A stretch of 64,000 nucleotides of DNA from Octopus sinensis (Eukaryota), in contig NC_043023.1 of NCBI RefSeq assembly GCF_006345805.1, positions 12,710,001 to 12,774,000 on the forward strand. The letters run 5' to 3'. This document shows, in pieces, positions 26,025 through 42,643 of the stretch (position 1 is the first letter of the stretch; each line of letters opens with the position of its first letter). The position numbers were made by a program, and so were the translations under genes. The notes under the pieces were generated by a model. The model ran no database searches, was not told the DNA's origin, and saw only the letters and a list, made by a program, of their open reading frames with translations.

Positions 26025-27499
26025 GGGGATCTTTCCGGTTTGAACGGCAGGTTTTTAAATTTCTAGTAAAACTAAAACAATTTTAAACTTCGTATACAGA
26101 TAGAATGTATTTATAAAGCATCTTTTTCCTTGGCTTTATTGAGAAAATTCTGTAGTTTGTAACATATTTGTTGTTTTTTTTCTGCAATTTCAACCAATCA
26201 ATGACGTCTATTGAGGTAAAAAAAACACGTGCCTTATGACTATGTCCCTCGTTTTTGTAGCAGTGTCATATGTAATTGTCACCCATAATTATGACCCTAG
26301 GATCGATCTATTGCATTTCAATGTGTGTTAAGGTTAGGGGTGGGGGAAGGGTATCATTTTTTCTTCTAAAATGTAAATAAACCCAATCTGTTTCTTAAAC
26401 GAGGGACATATTCATAAGGCACATAATGTTTTTTTCACCTCAATAGACGTCATTGATTGGTTGAAATTGCAGAAAAAAACAACAAAGATGTTACAAACTA
26501 CAGAATTTTCTCAATAAAGCCAAAGAAAAAGATGCTTTATAAATACATTCTATCTGTATAGGAAGTTTAAAATTTTTTTAGTTACCTAGAAATTTAAAAA
26601 CCTGCCGTTCAAACCGAAAAGATCCCCATTATTCCCAGAGAACAGATGGCAGCACCAGGCTCCAATCTGATCTGGCAGAGTTTCTACAGCTGGATGCCCT
26701 TCCTAACACCAACCAGCTGCAGAAGCTCTACCAGATCAGATTGGAGCCTGGTGCTGCCATCTGGTTCGCCAGCTGTTCTCTGGGAATAATGGGGATCTTT
26801 TCGGTTTGAACGGCAGGTTTTTAAATTTCTAGGTAACTAAAAAATTTTAAACTTCATATACAGATAGAATGTATTTATAAAGCATCTTTTTCTTTGGCTT
26901 TATTGAGAAAATTCTGTAGTTTGTAACATCTTTGTTGTTTTTTTCTGCACTTTCAACCAATCAATGATGTCTATTGAGGTAAAAAAACATTATGTGCCTT
27001 ATGAATATGTCCCTCGTTTAAGAAACAGATTGGGTTTATTTACATTTTAGAAGAAAAATGATACCCTTCCCCCACCCCTAACCTTAACACATATTGAAAT
27101 GCAATAGATCGATCCTAGGGTCATAATTATGGGTGACAATTACATATGACACCGCTACAAAAACTGCCGGTCAAACCGAAAAGACCCTTTTTTTTACACA
27201 AGGTAAATAATAAGGCGATGCTTTGATATATAAATACACACGTGACTTTGTTTACATTTGCGAAGATAACAGAAAGCCTTTTCTCCCCCACTTCTAACCC
27301 TAACACGTGGACATTCTTTTAAAAAACTGCCGGTCAAACCGAAAAGATCCCAAATATCTTACAAACTATAGAATTTTCTCAATAAAGCCAAGAGAAAAAG
27401 ATGTTTTATAAACACATTCTACCAGTATACGAAGTTTAAAAGTGCTTAGTTACGTGGAAATTATTTTAAAAAACTGCCGGTCAAACCGAAAAGATCCCC
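26025..27499. mobile_element. MITE-1 composite containing a palindrome at 26253-27162
   Basis: Same inversion junction (CCCTCGTTTTTGTAG) as the 16386 composite. Confidence 0.8.
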
Positions 27500-27556
27500 A
27501 AAAGGTATCCAAGCATTGTTCTTTAGATGAGAGAGAAGTGTGAAGGAAGGACAATG

Positions 27557-27715
27557 ATTGGACAGGAGAGAAAATGACGTCAGAAACGGATCGGAAGTGC
27601 AACGGCCTGACGTCACATCAGGAAGATATAAGTCAAAGATGCCTTCTTTCTTTCGGTGTCTGCGACGGGGTCCAGTTCGTGCGCTGGAAACGGTCGTAGA
27701 TTAGAATATGTGAGT
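27557..27715 (+). promoter_or_regulatory. ZF-4 promoter, exon 1 and donor
   Basis: TGACGTCA 27575-27582, donor GTGAGT at 27710. Confidence 0.72.
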
Positions 27716-28354
27716 GTATATATTCTATATTACCTTGAAGGTAAAACCGTTGACAGAATGGGACAAAGAAGACACCGGAACGAAACGAACCAGTCATAGA
27801 AAATTGAAGAACTATAACCATATAAAGGGATATAACTTTCCTTAATTAATTAATTAAGGTGCTTAATTAACGATCACTGACTCGTTGTTTGTATCTGAAT
27901 ACGGTAAGTTGACAAAGATTTATTTTAAGGCTGTAATGATGATGATAATAGCAATAATGATAAGGTACGACTAGCGAACAGTGGTCCCGTGCGCGCACTC
28001 GCGTATCCGCGCTTGCTAGTCGTAAGTAGTCGATCCTACAATTTTTAAAACTAAGTAAATACGTTATTTTTGTAAACAAACTAAGGTTAGGGTTAAAAAG
28101 TCGTAGGATCGACTACATACGACTAGCTTGCACGGATGCGTGAGTGCGCGCACCTGGACCACTGTTCGCTAGTAGTACCGCGCACCTCTCTAAGATAATG
28201 ACACTTACTTGTAAGAAAAAGTTAGGAAATGGGAAATATATCCAGAATACATAAAGTATGGAGAAAATTAGAAAGATTGATCTATTTTTTTAATATTTTA
28301 TACTAAAAAATAAAATACGGAGAACGGGCACTCGCGAATATAAACAAACTTATA

Positions 28355-29259
28355 AGGGTACTATTTAAGAAGAGCGGTCCCGGTGAGCGCGCTAGCTAGT
28401 CGTGACTAGTCGATCCTTACTTTGTATTTTTGTTTTATTTACTTTGTTTTAAAAAAATGAGCGTAACTTCGGTATAGGTACCGGAAGTACCAGATACATT
28501 TCAAGAAAGTGTCTTTTTTTTTTTTATATATATGGGGTTTTTTGTTAAGATTTGTGTTAGGGGTGGGAGAAAAGTGTTTCTGTTATCTTCAGAAATGTAA
28601 ACAAAGCCACTCACGGTACCTATACCGAAGGATCGCCAAAAAATTACTTATTTTGTGTTTTATTTACTTTGGTAGGTAGTCGTTGTAGGATCGACTAGTC
28701 ACGACTAACTAGCGCGAGTGCGCGCACCGGGACCACTCTTTTTAAATAGTACCGGAGAAAATTACAACGATTAATCTATTTTTTTAACTATTTTATACTA
28801 AAAAATAAAATACGCAGAACGGGCACTCGCGAATTGGTTCAGCAAACTTAGGGAAGGAAGTGCTAACTCTTACAAGGGTACTATTTAAGAAGAGAGGTCC
28901 CGGTGCGCGCATCCGCAGAAGCTAGTCGTGACTAGTCGATCCTTACTTTGTATTTTTGTTTTATTTACTTTGTTTTAAAAAAATGAGCGTAACTTCGGTA
29001 TAGGTACCGGAAGTACCAGATACATTTCAAGATAGTGTATTTTTTTCTTCTATATGGGGGGTTGTGGTTAAGGTTTGTGTTAGGGGTGGGAGAAAAGGGT
29101 TTCTGTTATCTTCAGAAATGTAAACAAAGCCACTCACGGTACCTATACCGAAGGATCACAAAAAAATTATTTACTTTGTGTAAAAAAAAGTTTTTTTTTT
29201 TTGGTGTTTTATTTACTTTGCTAGGTAGTCGTTGTAGGATCGACTAGTCACGACTAACT
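28355..29259. repeat. Tandem duplication of MITE-3 with a Ginger-like MITE right-end remnant (28847-28874) at the junction
   Basis: Two MITE-3 bodies. The junction reads GAATTGGTTCAGCAAACTTAGGGAAGGAAGTGCTAACTCTTACAAGGGTACT. Confidence 0.8.
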
Positions 29260-30920
29260 ATCGCGAGTCTGCGCACCGGGACCGCTCTTTTTAAATAGTA
29301 CCGGAGAAAATTAGAACGAGTAATCTATTTTTTTAACTATTTTACACTAAAAAATAAAATACGCAGAACGGGCACTCGCGAATATAAACAAACATGTATG
29401 TACGTATACGTATGTATTTATGCATATATATGTATTATTATGTATACATATATGTGTGTGTGTGTAAGGGTGAAAGAAATTGTATATTAATTAATAACAT
29501 CAATTTCGTATGGATTTTGGCGTTTGGTTCAGCAAATTATGTTTTTGATATACTCTACCGATGATTCGAAAATGATTTGTAAGTAAAATTACACAATCTA
29601 TTAATGATGAAACAATTGTATAGAGTTAATCCATTTTTTCGTTATTTTTCATTTGTCCTGCCCGCTTACATTCTTGGCGTGTTGAATTAATGCTTGAGAA
29701 CAATTCTTTAGTGGTGGATTCCCTTTGTGGATCTATTTCTAACGTTAGGGTGACCACATGTGGTCCCTCTCTTAATACTTGTATATATATATATATGTGT
29801 GTGTGTGTATACAAATATATTTGTAGTGAATCTTGCACGCATGAAGTAGATTGGATCCATCCTTGCCAAAATTTTAATTAACCCTTCACCAAATTTTTCC
29901 CACAGCAGAACAATAGAGAAATCTCTATAGAGAATGTTGTAAAAGTTTCAATGCCTCAATGGATTCTGACCCCTGCAAACATAGACATTAAATGGATGAC
30001 AGTGTTGATGTTGTAAGATTTGCAATGTTGAATTACTATGTCGTTTAATGATTCTCTTTATCTCACTGCTTCTTTTTTTTCCTATTTCAGAATATAACAT
30101 CCTGTTGATATGAAAGAAATTACTTCATTCAGATGTGCCTCTGATATTTTATCAGCTCCCATCAACCAAAGGAAGATGATATATTTATAAGGAGCATTCA
30201 TCAATACATCAAACTCATCTTATAAAGGAAATCTGTGAAAAACAACAGCAAAATATTTCTTCTGGACGATGGAATTAACAGCAACAATTTGAAGTCTTTG
30301 CTGTCTGGAATATAGAGGAGATGATTGTTTTACAGGTTAATTAAGCTTGGATAACTTTACAAAGGGGTAGACAATTGTCACCTCTTGATTTAGATATTAA
30401 GCAAAATCACAGATGAAAGAAGCATAGCATTAAATTATTCTCTGAAGATAGCAACACAAATATATTCATAGAAATGAATTTTTTTCCTATTTCAGAATAT
30501 CATACCATGTTGATTTGAAAGAAATTTCTTCATTCAGATGTGTGTCTGTTATTTTGATTGACTTTCATCAATTAAAGGAAGACCATATATTCATAAGGCA
30601 CACTCATCAAAAGAGCAGCTTCTTTATATAAATAAAATCTTTTACGAACGATGGGGAAATATTTCTTCTGGATGATGGAATTAAGAGCAACATTTTTTTT
30701 GCCATCTGGAATGTAGAGATGATGATGAACCTACAGGTTAAGTTTGAGTAACTTTACGAAAGAGTTAACCAATTTATATCTTCTGTTTAGATATTAAGCA
30801 AGATCACCAATGAAAGTAACATAACATTTAATTACTCTCTGATGCATTTGAACACAAACATTCATAGAAATGACACAGATACTATCATTGTGATATGTAT
30901 AACGAAATTATTCTCTCATA

Positions 30921-32812
<1,892 letters not shown>

Positions 32813-32838
32813 TCGTATCAATATCAAAATTTATTACA

Positions 32839-33334
32839 ACCCGGCAGGACAAGTGAGACCATAATCCATGGCCTCTACCTGGAATGTAGCCAGTCCACTT
32901 ATGCATACCTTTCCTTCTTGGGACACAAAACTCTACTTGTGGATACCTGTTGAGGGAAGGGAGAATCAGAATCAAAGTCGAAATAAATCAACATTAATGG
33001 AAATTGTAGCCGTGATACCAGTGCTGGTGGGACGTAAAAAGCAACATTCGAACGTGGCCGTTGCCAGCAGCGTCCCAACTGGCTTCCGAGCCGGTGGCAC
33101 GTAAGAAGCACCGACCGATCGTGGCCGCTGCCAGCCTCTCCTGGCCCTTGTCCCCGTGGCACGTAAAAAGCATCCACTACATTCACAGAGTGGTTGGCGT
33201 TAAGGAAGGACATCCAGCTGAAGAAACACTGCCAGATCAGACTGCAACCTGGTGCAGCCTCCTGGCTTCCCAGACCCCAGTCAACCGTCCAACCCATGCT
33301 AGCAGGGAAAACAGATGTTATACAATGATGATGA
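32839..33334 (+). mobile_element. RTE-LINE 3' UTR element after ZF-4 (type A)
   Basis: Paralog of 14053-14608. Confidence 0.78.
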
Positions 33335-33446
33335 GGAGGATTCTCTATTGTTTCCTGTGACAGACAGCTGTTCTTTTGTGTACTGGACATTTTCAATGTT
33401 TTGTTATTAAACATTTTGTAAAAATAAAATCTTTTGTGCATGCTTA

Positions 33447-33842
33447 TTCTCTTTCTCTTTCTCTTTTACTTGTTTCAGTCATTTGACTGTGGCCATGCTG
33501 GAGCTCCGCCTTTAATAGAGCATCTCGACCCCGGGACTTATTCTTTTGTAAGCCCAGTACTTATTCTATCGGTCTGTTTTGCCGAACTGCTAAGTGACGG
33601 GGACATAGACACACCAGCATCGATTGTCAAGCAATGCTAGGGGGACAAACACAAACACATTCATATATATACATCTATACAACAGGCTTCTTTTAGTTTC
33701 CGTCTATCAAATCCACTCACAAGGCTTTTGTCGGCCTGAGGCTATAGTAGAAGATACTTACCCAATGTGACACGCAGTGGGACTGAACCTGAAACCATGT
33801 GTTTGGTAAGCAAGCTACTTACCACACAGCCACTCCTGCGCC
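33447..33842 (-). mobile_element. Octopus tRNA/CORE-type SINE
   Basis: Paralog of 14722-15115. Confidence 0.82.
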
Positions 33843-34624
33843 TATATGTATATTGTGATTACATTTTCTTTTGTGTTGTCATATTTTGTGCCACATCTTC
33901 TGGGTAATCGGTAGCCATCTTATTTCTGGTGTCACTACAATCATTCTATTTTCATGCTCCGCACTAAAGGGGGAGCCTTGTAGTGACGCCATTTTAGGAT
34001 TTTCATCCACGCATGCACAGGGGTAAGAGCCTGCCGGAAGCCCCTTATGCACATGTGCAGTCATCAGCATCAGCTAGGCTTGACCGCTGTCCTCTCTCTC
34101 TCTTCGCCCCGGCTTCCAACCAAGCCGGACGCAACTTGACCAGCTCAGTGTGGCTGGAATTCTGAAGGCGATCCATAACTTCAGCGAATCTGAGAAGTAT
34201 GCCTTCTCAATCGTGATTAAACTGTCTCTGCTGTTTCCGCACCAAGGCGACCTAGCTACTGATTGTCCAGAGATGTAACGCTTGTACAGACAGAAAAATA
34301 AATGTTATTTGTTCAGAGATCCTTGTTCTATTGATTTTTTAATGGCTTTGCGGGGTGACTGGGGTAATGTAAAGATGTGTACGACCACCCTTGGACGGTT
34401 TTGAATGACCATAGAAAGTGCGAGCCCTCTAACTGAAAAATTGTGGATTTGTATAAAGGACAGGCACACACAGACAGACATTTGGCCATTTATATATAGA
34501 GAGATGTTGATGTAATTCAGCCTAAGGAGACATCTACAGCTGGCTTCACGACATGATCTGTTTATATTCGCGAGTGCCCGTTCTCCATATTTTATTTGTT
34601 AGTATAAAATACTTTTAAAAATGG

Positions 34625-35149
34625 AAGACTTAGCAAGACCAGTGAGAACAGTCAAAATCAAAATCAAAGCAAATCAATTCATATATCAGAAAGCAGAACC
34701 AAATTGAGGTCGATCAACATCAGTGGGAAGTGCAGCTGTCGTTAAGCGAACCATCCGATCGTGGTCGTTTCCGGCGCCGCCCCGTCTAGCCTCCGTGTCG
34801 GTGACACGTAAAAGCACCATCCGTTCATGGCCGTTTGCCAGCTCTGTCTGGCCCCCGTGTCGGTAACACATAAAAGCACCATCCGTTTGTGGCCGTTTGC
34901 TAGCTCTGTCTGGCCACCGTGTCGGTGGCACGTAAAAGCACCATCCGTTCATGACCGTCTGCCAGCTCTTTCTGGCACCTGTGCGGGTGGCACGTAAAAA
35001 GCACCCACTACAGTCACGGAGTGGTTGGCGTTAGGAAGGGCATCCAGATCTGAATGGGCTTGATGAAGCCTTCTAGATTCACAGACCCCAGTTGAACCGT
35101 CCAACACATGCTAGCATGGAAAGCGGACGCTAAATGATGATGATGATGA
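34625..35149 (+). mobile_element. Second RTE-tail insertion in the spacer (4 subrepeats)
   Basis: Interrupts ATGGA^TGAATC, which is empty at about 1707, 15913 and 25551. Ends in (ATG)n. Confidence 0.82.
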
Positions 35150-35627
35150 ATCTTCCTAATTTTCTGCAGATTTAAGAATTATCTTTTAAATCTGTAGGTC
35201 AAAAGGTAAAAATCCCAGCGCTTCTCTATTTCCTTTCGTAATTGTGCATTATGTTGGGAGCGGGGCCATCTTTTCCTTCCCCATTGTCATTGGAAGAATT
35301 AATCAACCTTCGAATATCGAACACACGACACTACATTCCATCCACTGACGGTTCTCTCAAAGTAGCAACTTAATTATACATGAGAGAAAATAGATCACTG
35401 TGATCATCATCATCATCATCGTTTAACGTCCGATTTCCATTCTAGCATTGGTTGCACGATTTGATTGAGGACTGGCGAACCAAGTGGCAACACCAGGCTC
35501 CAATCTGATCTGGCAGAGTTACTACAGCTGGATGCCCTTCCTAACACCAACCAGCTGTAGAAACTCTACCAGATCAGATTGGAGCCTGGTGCAGCCATCT
35601 GGTTCGACAACTGTTCTCTGGAATAAT

Positions 35628-36341
35628 GGGGATCATTTCGGTTTGAACAGCAGGTTTTAAAATTTCTAGGTAACTAAAAAATTTTAAACTTCGTATACAG
35701 ATAGAATGTATTTATAAAGCATCTTTTTCGTTGGCTCTATTGAGAAAATTCTGTAGTTTGTAACATATTTGTTGTTTTTATTTCTGCGATTCCAAGCAAT
35801 CAATGACGTCTATTGAGGTAAAAAAAAACATTATGTGCCTTATGAATATGTCCCTCGTTTAAAAACAGATTGGGTTTATTTACATTTTTGAAGAAAAAAA
35901 GATACACTTCCTCCACCCCTAACACTAACACTGATTGAAATGCAATAGATCGATACTAGGGTCATAATTATGGGTGACAATTTCATATGACACCGCTACA
36001 AAAAACTGCCGGTCAAACCGAAAAGATCCTTTTCTTTTTACACAAAGTAAATAATAAGGCGATGCTTCCATATATGAGTACGCACGTGACTTTGTTTACA
36101 TTTGTGAAGATAACAGAAAGCCTTTTCTCCCCACTTCTAACCCTAACACGTGGAAATCATTTTAAAAGCTGCCGTTCAAACCGAAAAGATCCCAAATATC
36201 TTCCACACTGTAGAATTTTCTCAATAAAGCCAAGAGAAACAGATGTTTTATAAACACATTCTACCAGTATACGAAGTTTAAAAGTGTTTAGTTACGTGGA
36301 AATTATTTTTAAAAACTGCCGGTCAAACCGAAAAGATCCCC
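35628..36341. mobile_element. MITE-1 copy
   Basis: Termini as in 2193-3008. Confidence 0.75.
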
Positions 36342-36398
36342 AAAAGGTATCCAAGCATTGTTCTTTAGTTGAGAGAGAAGTGTGAAGGAAGGACAATG

Positions 36399-36557
36399 AT
36401 TGGACAGGAGAGAAAATGACGTCAGAAACGGATCGGAAGTGCAACGGCCTGACGTCACATCAGGAAGATATAAGTCAAAGATGCCTTCTTTCTTTCGGTG
36501 TCTGCGACGGGGTCCAGTTCGTGCGCTGGAAACGGTCGTAGATTAGAATATGTGAGT
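36399..36557 (+). promoter_or_regulatory. ZF-5 promoter, exon 1 and donor
   Basis: TGACGTCA 36417-36424, donor GTGAGT at 36552. Confidence 0.72.
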
Positions 36558-37156
36558 GTATATATTCTATATTACCTTGAAGGTAAAATCGTTGACAGAA
36601 TGGGACAAAGAAGACACCGGAACGAAACGAACCAGTCATAGAAAATTGAAGAACTATAACCATATAAAGGGATATAACTTTCCTTAATTAATTAATTAAG
36701 GTGCTTAATTAACGATCGCTGACTCGTTGTTTGTATCTGAATACGGTAAGTTGACAAAGATTTATTTTAAGGCTGTAATGATGATGATAAGGTACTACTA
36801 GCGAACAGAGCTTGCTATCGTAAGTAGTCGATCCTACAATTTTTAAAACTAAGTAAATACATTATTTTTGTAAACAAACTAAGGTTAGGGTTTAAAAGTC
36901 GTAGGATCGACTACATACGACTAGCTTGCACGAATGCGCGAGTGCGCCCACCTGGACCAAGGTTCGCTAGTAGTACCGCGCACCTCTCCAAGATAATGAC
37001 ACTTACTTGTGAGAAAAAGTTTTGAAATGGGAAATATATCCAGAATACATAAAGTATGGAGAAAATTAGAAAGATTAATCTATTTTTTAAATATTTTATA
37101 CTAAAAAATAAAATACGGAGAACGGGCACTCGCGAATATAAACAAAAATACAAGGG

Positions 37157-37432
37157 TGTAAGAGTTAGCAGTTCCTTCTCTAAGCTTGGATTCGAAATCG
37201 AATCCAAGAATCATCGGTCGTCAAATACCAATGCATGTATAGGCGCGAAATTAAGAATCCCTTTGTTCTGACAGAAACTGATTGATCATCTCCCTTTGAC
37301 CTCCGACCTGAGCAATGTCAGGACAAAGGGATTCTTAATTTCGCGCCTATACATGCATTGGTATTTGACGACCGATGATTCTTGGACTCGATTTCGAATC
37401 CAAGCTTAGAGAAGGAACTGCTAACTCTTACA
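37157..37432. mobile_element. 276-bp MITE with TGT...ACA termini and a 4-bp AGGG TSD (Ginger-like)
   Basis: About 115-bp TIRs TGTAAGAGTTAGCAGTTCCTTCTC. The empty site TAAGGGTACT is present in other units. Confidence 0.8.
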
Positions 37433-39467
37433 AGGGTACTATTTAAGAAGAGAGGTCCAGGTGCGCGCATCCGCAGTAGCTAGTCGTGACTAGTCGATCC
37501 TTACTTTGTATTTTTGTTTTATTTACTTTGTTTTAAAAAAATTATTTTCTTTGAAAAATGAGCGTAACTTCGGTATAGGTACCGGAAGTACCAGATACAT
37601 TTCTAGAAAGTGTCTTTTTTTTTCTATATGGGGGGTTATGGTTAAGGTTTATGTTAGGGGTGGGAGAAAAGGGTTTCTGTTATCTTCAGAAATGTAAACA
37701 AAGCCACTCACGGTACTTATACCGAAGGATCGCCAAAAAATTATTTATTTTGTGTTTTATTTACTTTGGTAGGTAGTCGTTGTAGGATCGACTAGTGACG
37801 ACTTACTAGCGCAAGTGCACACACCGGGACAACTCTTTTTAAATAGTACCGGTGAAAATTACAACGATTAATCTATTTTTTAAAACTATTTTATACTAAA
37901 TAATGAAATACGCAGAACGGACACTCGCGAATATAAACAAACATGTATGTACGTATACGTATGTATTTATGCATATATATGTATTATTACGTATACATAT
38001 ATGTGTGTGTGTAAGGGTGAAAGAAATTGAATATTAATTAATAACATCAATTTCGTATGGATTTTGGCGTTTGGTTCAGCAAATTATGTTTTTGATATAC
38101 TCTACCGATGATTCGAAAATGATTTGTAAGTAAAATTACACAATCTATTAACGATGAAACAATTGTATAGAGTTAATCCATTTTTTCGTTATTTTTCATC
38201 TGTCCTGCCCGCTTACATTCTTGGCGTGTTGAATTAATGCTTGAGAACAATTCTTTGGTGGTGGATTCCCTTTGCGGATCTATTTCTAGCGTTAGAGTGA
38301 CCACATGTGGTCCTTCTCTTATTACTTGTATGTATATACATATATATATATATATGTGTGTGTGTGTATACAAATATATTTGTAGTGAATCTTGAAGTAG
38401 ATTGGATCCATCCTTGCCAAAATTTTATTAACCTTCACCAAAATTTTTCGCACGGCAGAACAATAGAGAAATCTCTATACAGAATGTTGTAAAAGTTTCA
38501 ATGCCTCAATGGATTCTGACCCCTGCAAACATAGACATTAAATGGATGACAGTGTTGATGTAAGATTTGCAATGTTGAATTACTATGTCGTTTAATGATT
38601 CTCTTTATCTCACTGCTTCTGTTTTTTTCTATTTCAGAATATAACATCCTGTTGATATGAAAGAAATTACTTCATTCACATGTGCCTCTGATATTTTATC
38701 AGCTCCCATCAACCAAAGGAAGATGATATATTTATAAGGAGCATTCATCAATACATCAAACTCATCTTATAAAGGAAACCTGTGAAAAACAACAGCAAAA
38801 TATTTCTTCTGGACGATGGAATTAACAGCAACAATTTGAAGTCTTTGCTGTCTGGAATATAGAGGAGATGATTGTTTTACAGGTTAATTAAGCTTGGATA
38901 ACTTTACAAAGGGGTAGACAATTGTCACCTCTTGATTTAGATATTAAGCAAAATCACAGATGAAAGAAGCATAGCATTAAATTATTCTCTGCAAATAGCA
39001 ACACAAATATATTCATAGAAATGAATTTTTTTCCTATTTCAGAATATCATACCATGTTGATTTAAAAGAAATTTCTTCATTCAGATGTGTGTCTGATATT
39101 TTGATTGACTTTCATCAATTAAAGGAAGACCATATATTCATAAGGCACATTCATCAAAACATCAGCCTCTTTATATAAATAAAATATTTGACGAACGATG
39201 GGGAAATATTTCTTCTGGATGATGGAATTAAGAGCAACATTTTTTTGCCATCTGGAATGTAGAGATGATGATGAACCTACAGGTTAAGTTTGAGTAACTT
39301 TACAAAAGAGTTAACCAATTTATATCTTCTGTTTTAGATATTAAGCAAGATCACCAATGAAAGTAACATAACATTTAATTATTCTCTGATGCATTTGAAC
39401 GCAAACATTCATAGAAATGAAACAGATACTATCATTGTGATATGTATAATGAAATTATTCTCTCATA

Positions 39468-40517
39468 ATGAATAATTCAACTAAAGCAAAAATCTCTGAT
39501 AAAAGAGAAAAGCCATATCACTGTGATATCTGTGGTAAGTCATTCTCTCAAAGTTGTAATCTAAGAAGGCACAGACGTGTTCATACTGGAGAAAAACCAT
39601 ATCACTGTGATATCTGTGGTAAGTCATTTTCTGAAAATAGCAATTTAATTCATCACAAATTTATTCATACTAGGGAAAAGCCGCATCAGTGTGATATCTG
39701 TGGTAAATCATTTTCTCGAAGTGCTGACTTACCTAAACACAAACGTACTCATACAGGAGAGAAACCAAATCAGTCTGATATCTGTGGTAAATCATTCTCT
39801 ACCAGTAGTGACTTAAATAGACACAAAAGTACACATACAGGAGAAAAGCCCCATCATTGTAATATCTGTGGTAAATCATTTTCTCGTAATAGCAATTTAA
39901 TCAGTCACAAACGTATTCATACAGGAGAGAAGCCATATCATTGTGATATCTGTGGTAAGTCATTCTCTCACAGTAGTGAGTTACCTATACATAAACGTAT
40001 TCATACAGGTGAAAAACCATATCATTGTATTATCTGTGGTAAATCATTTTCCAGAAGTAATAATTTGTCTGGTCACAGACGTATACATACTGGGGAAAAA
40101 CCATATCACTGTGATATCTCTGGTAAGTCATTTTCTGAAAATAGCAATTTAATTCATCACAAATTTATTCATACTGGGGAAAAGCCGCATCAGTGTGATA
40201 TCTGTGGTAAATCATTTTCTCGACGTGCTGAATTACCTAAACACAAACGTACTCATACAGGAGAGAAACCATATCAGTGTGATATCTGTGGTACATCATT
40301 TTCTCGAAGTGCTGACTTACCTAAACACAAACGTACTCATACAGGAGAGAAACCATATCAGTGTGATATCTGTGGTAAATCTTTCTCTACCAGTAGTGAC
40401 TTAAATAGACACAAACGTACACATACTGGAGAAAAGCCCCATCATTGTAATATCTGTGGTAAATCATTTTCTCGTAATAGCAATTTAATCAGTCACAAAC
40501 GTATTCATACAGGTTAA
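39468..40517 (+). CDS. ZF-5: C2H2 protein, 349 aa, 12 finger units (fingers 4 and 8 lack a Cys), ending at a premature TAA
   Basis: ORF track. GGT TAA AAA CCA replaces GGT GAA AAA CCA. Three further in-frame fingers run to TAA at 40772 (1305 bp total = 15 fingers). Confidence 0.9.
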   Translation: MNNSTKAKISDKREKPYHCDICGKSFSQSCNLRRHRRVHTGEKPYHCDICGKSFSENSNLIHHKFIHTREKPHQCDICGKSFSRSADLPKHKRTHTGEKPNQSDICGKSFSTSSDLNRHKSTHTGEKPHHCNICGKSFSRNSNLISHKRIHTGEKPYHCDICGKSFSHSSELPIHKRIHTGEKPYHCIICGKSFSRSNNLSGHRRIHTGEKPYHCDISGKSFSENSNLIHHKFIHTGEKPHQCDICGKSFSRRAELPKHKRTHTGEKPYQCDICGTSFSRSADLPKHKRTHTGEKPYQCDICGKSFSTSSDLNRHKRTHTGEKPHHCNICGKSFSRNSNLISHKRIHTG

Positions 40518-40769
<252 letters not shown>

Positions 40770-40798
40770 TAATCGTATCAATATCAAAATTTGTTACA

Positions 40799-41357
40799 AC
40801 CCGGCAGGAAAGGTGAGTCTATAACCCATGGCCTCTACCTGGAATGTAGCCAGTCCACTTATGCATACCTTTCCTTCTTGGGACACAAAACTCTACTTGT
40901 GAAGACCTTGTTAAGGCAAGTGAGAATCAGGATCAAAATCGAAATCTATCAACATCAATGGAAATTGTAGCTGTGATACCAGTGCTGGTGGCACGTAAGA
41001 AGCACCTACCGATTGTGGCCGCTGCCAGTCTCCCCTGGCACCTGTGCCAGTGGCATGTAAAAAGCACCATCCGAACGTGGCCGTTGCCAGCACCGCTTGA
41101 ACTGGCTTCCATGCCGGTGGCTTGTAAAAAGCACCGACTGACCGTGGCCACTGCCAGACTGCGTAGGACCCTGTGCTGGTGGCACGTAAAAAGCATCCAC
41201 TACATTCACAGAGTGGTTGGCGTTTAAAAAGGGCATCCAGCTGTAGAAACACTGCCAGATCAGACTGCAACCTGGTGCAGCCTCGTGGTATCCCAGACCC
41301 CAGTCAACCGTCCAATCCATGCTAGCAGGGAAAACAGATGTGATACAATGATGATGA
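40799..41357 (+). mobile_element. RTE-LINE 3' UTR element after ZF-5 (type A)
   Basis: 5' part nearly identical to 143-497. Confidence 0.78.
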
Positions 41358-41470
41358 GGAGGATTCTCCATTGTTTCCTGTGACAGACAGCTGTTCTTTT
41401 GTGTACTGGACATTTTCAATGTTTTGTTATTAAACATTTTGTAAAAATAAAATCTTTTGTGCTTGCTTAT

Positions 41471-41883
41471 TCTCTCTTTCTCTTTCTCTTTTACTTGTTT
41501 CAGTCATTTGACTGTGGCCATGCTGGAGCTCCGCCTTTAATAGTGCATCTCGACCCCGGGACTTATTCTTTTGTAAGCCCAGTACTTATTCTATCGGTCT
41601 CTTTTGCCGAACTGCTAAGTGACGGGGACATAGACACACCAGCATCGGTTGTCAAGCAATGCTAGGGGGACAAACACAGACACACAAACACATGCATATA
41701 TATATATATATATACATATATACGACAGGCTTCTTTCAATTTCCGTCTACCAAATCCTCTCACAAGGCTTTGGTCGGCATGAGGCTATAGTAGAAATACT
41801 TACCAATGTGACACGCAGTGCGACTGAACCTAGAACCATGTGGTTGGTAAGCAAGCTACTTACCACACAGCCACTCCTGCGCC
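41471..41883 (-). mobile_element. Octopus tRNA/CORE-type SINE
   Basis: Paralog of 14722-15115. Confidence 0.82.
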
Positions 41884-42643
41884 TATATCTATATTGTGAT
41901 TACATTTTCTTTTGAGTTGTCATATTTTGTCCCATAGTTTCTGGGTAATCGGTAGCTATCTTATTTCTGGTGCCACTACAATCTTTCTATTTTCTTGCCC
42001 TGCACTGAAGTGGAAGCCTTGTAGTGACGCCTGGTCCCAGATGCCATTTTAGGATTTTCATCCACGCATGTGCAGTCATCAGCATCAGCTAGGCTTGACC
42101 ACTGTCCTCGCTCTCTCTCTTCGCCCCTGCTTCCAACCAAGCCGGGCGCAACTTGACCAGCTCCGTGTGGCTGGAATTCTGAAGGCGATCCATGACTTCA
42201 GTGAATCTGAGAAGTATGCCTTCACAATCGTGATGAAACTGTCTCTACTGCTTCCGCACCAAGGCGACCTAGCTGCTGATTGTCCAGAGATGTAACGCTT
42301 GTACAGACAGAAAAATAAATATTGTTATTTGTTCAGAGATCCTTGTTCTCTTGATTTTTTAATGGCTTTGCGGGGTGACTGGGGAAATGTAAAGATGTGC
42401 ACGACCGCTCGTGGACAGTTTTGAATGATATAGAAAGTGCGAGCCCTCTAACTGAAAAATTGTGGATTTGTATAAAGGACACGCACACACAGACAGACAT
42501 TTGGCCATTTATATATAGAGAGATGTTGATGTAATTCAGCCTAAGGAGACATCTACCGCTGGCTACACGACATGATCTGTTTATATTCACGAGTGCCCGT
42601 TCTCCATATTTTATTTGTTAGTATAAAATAATTTTTAAAATGG

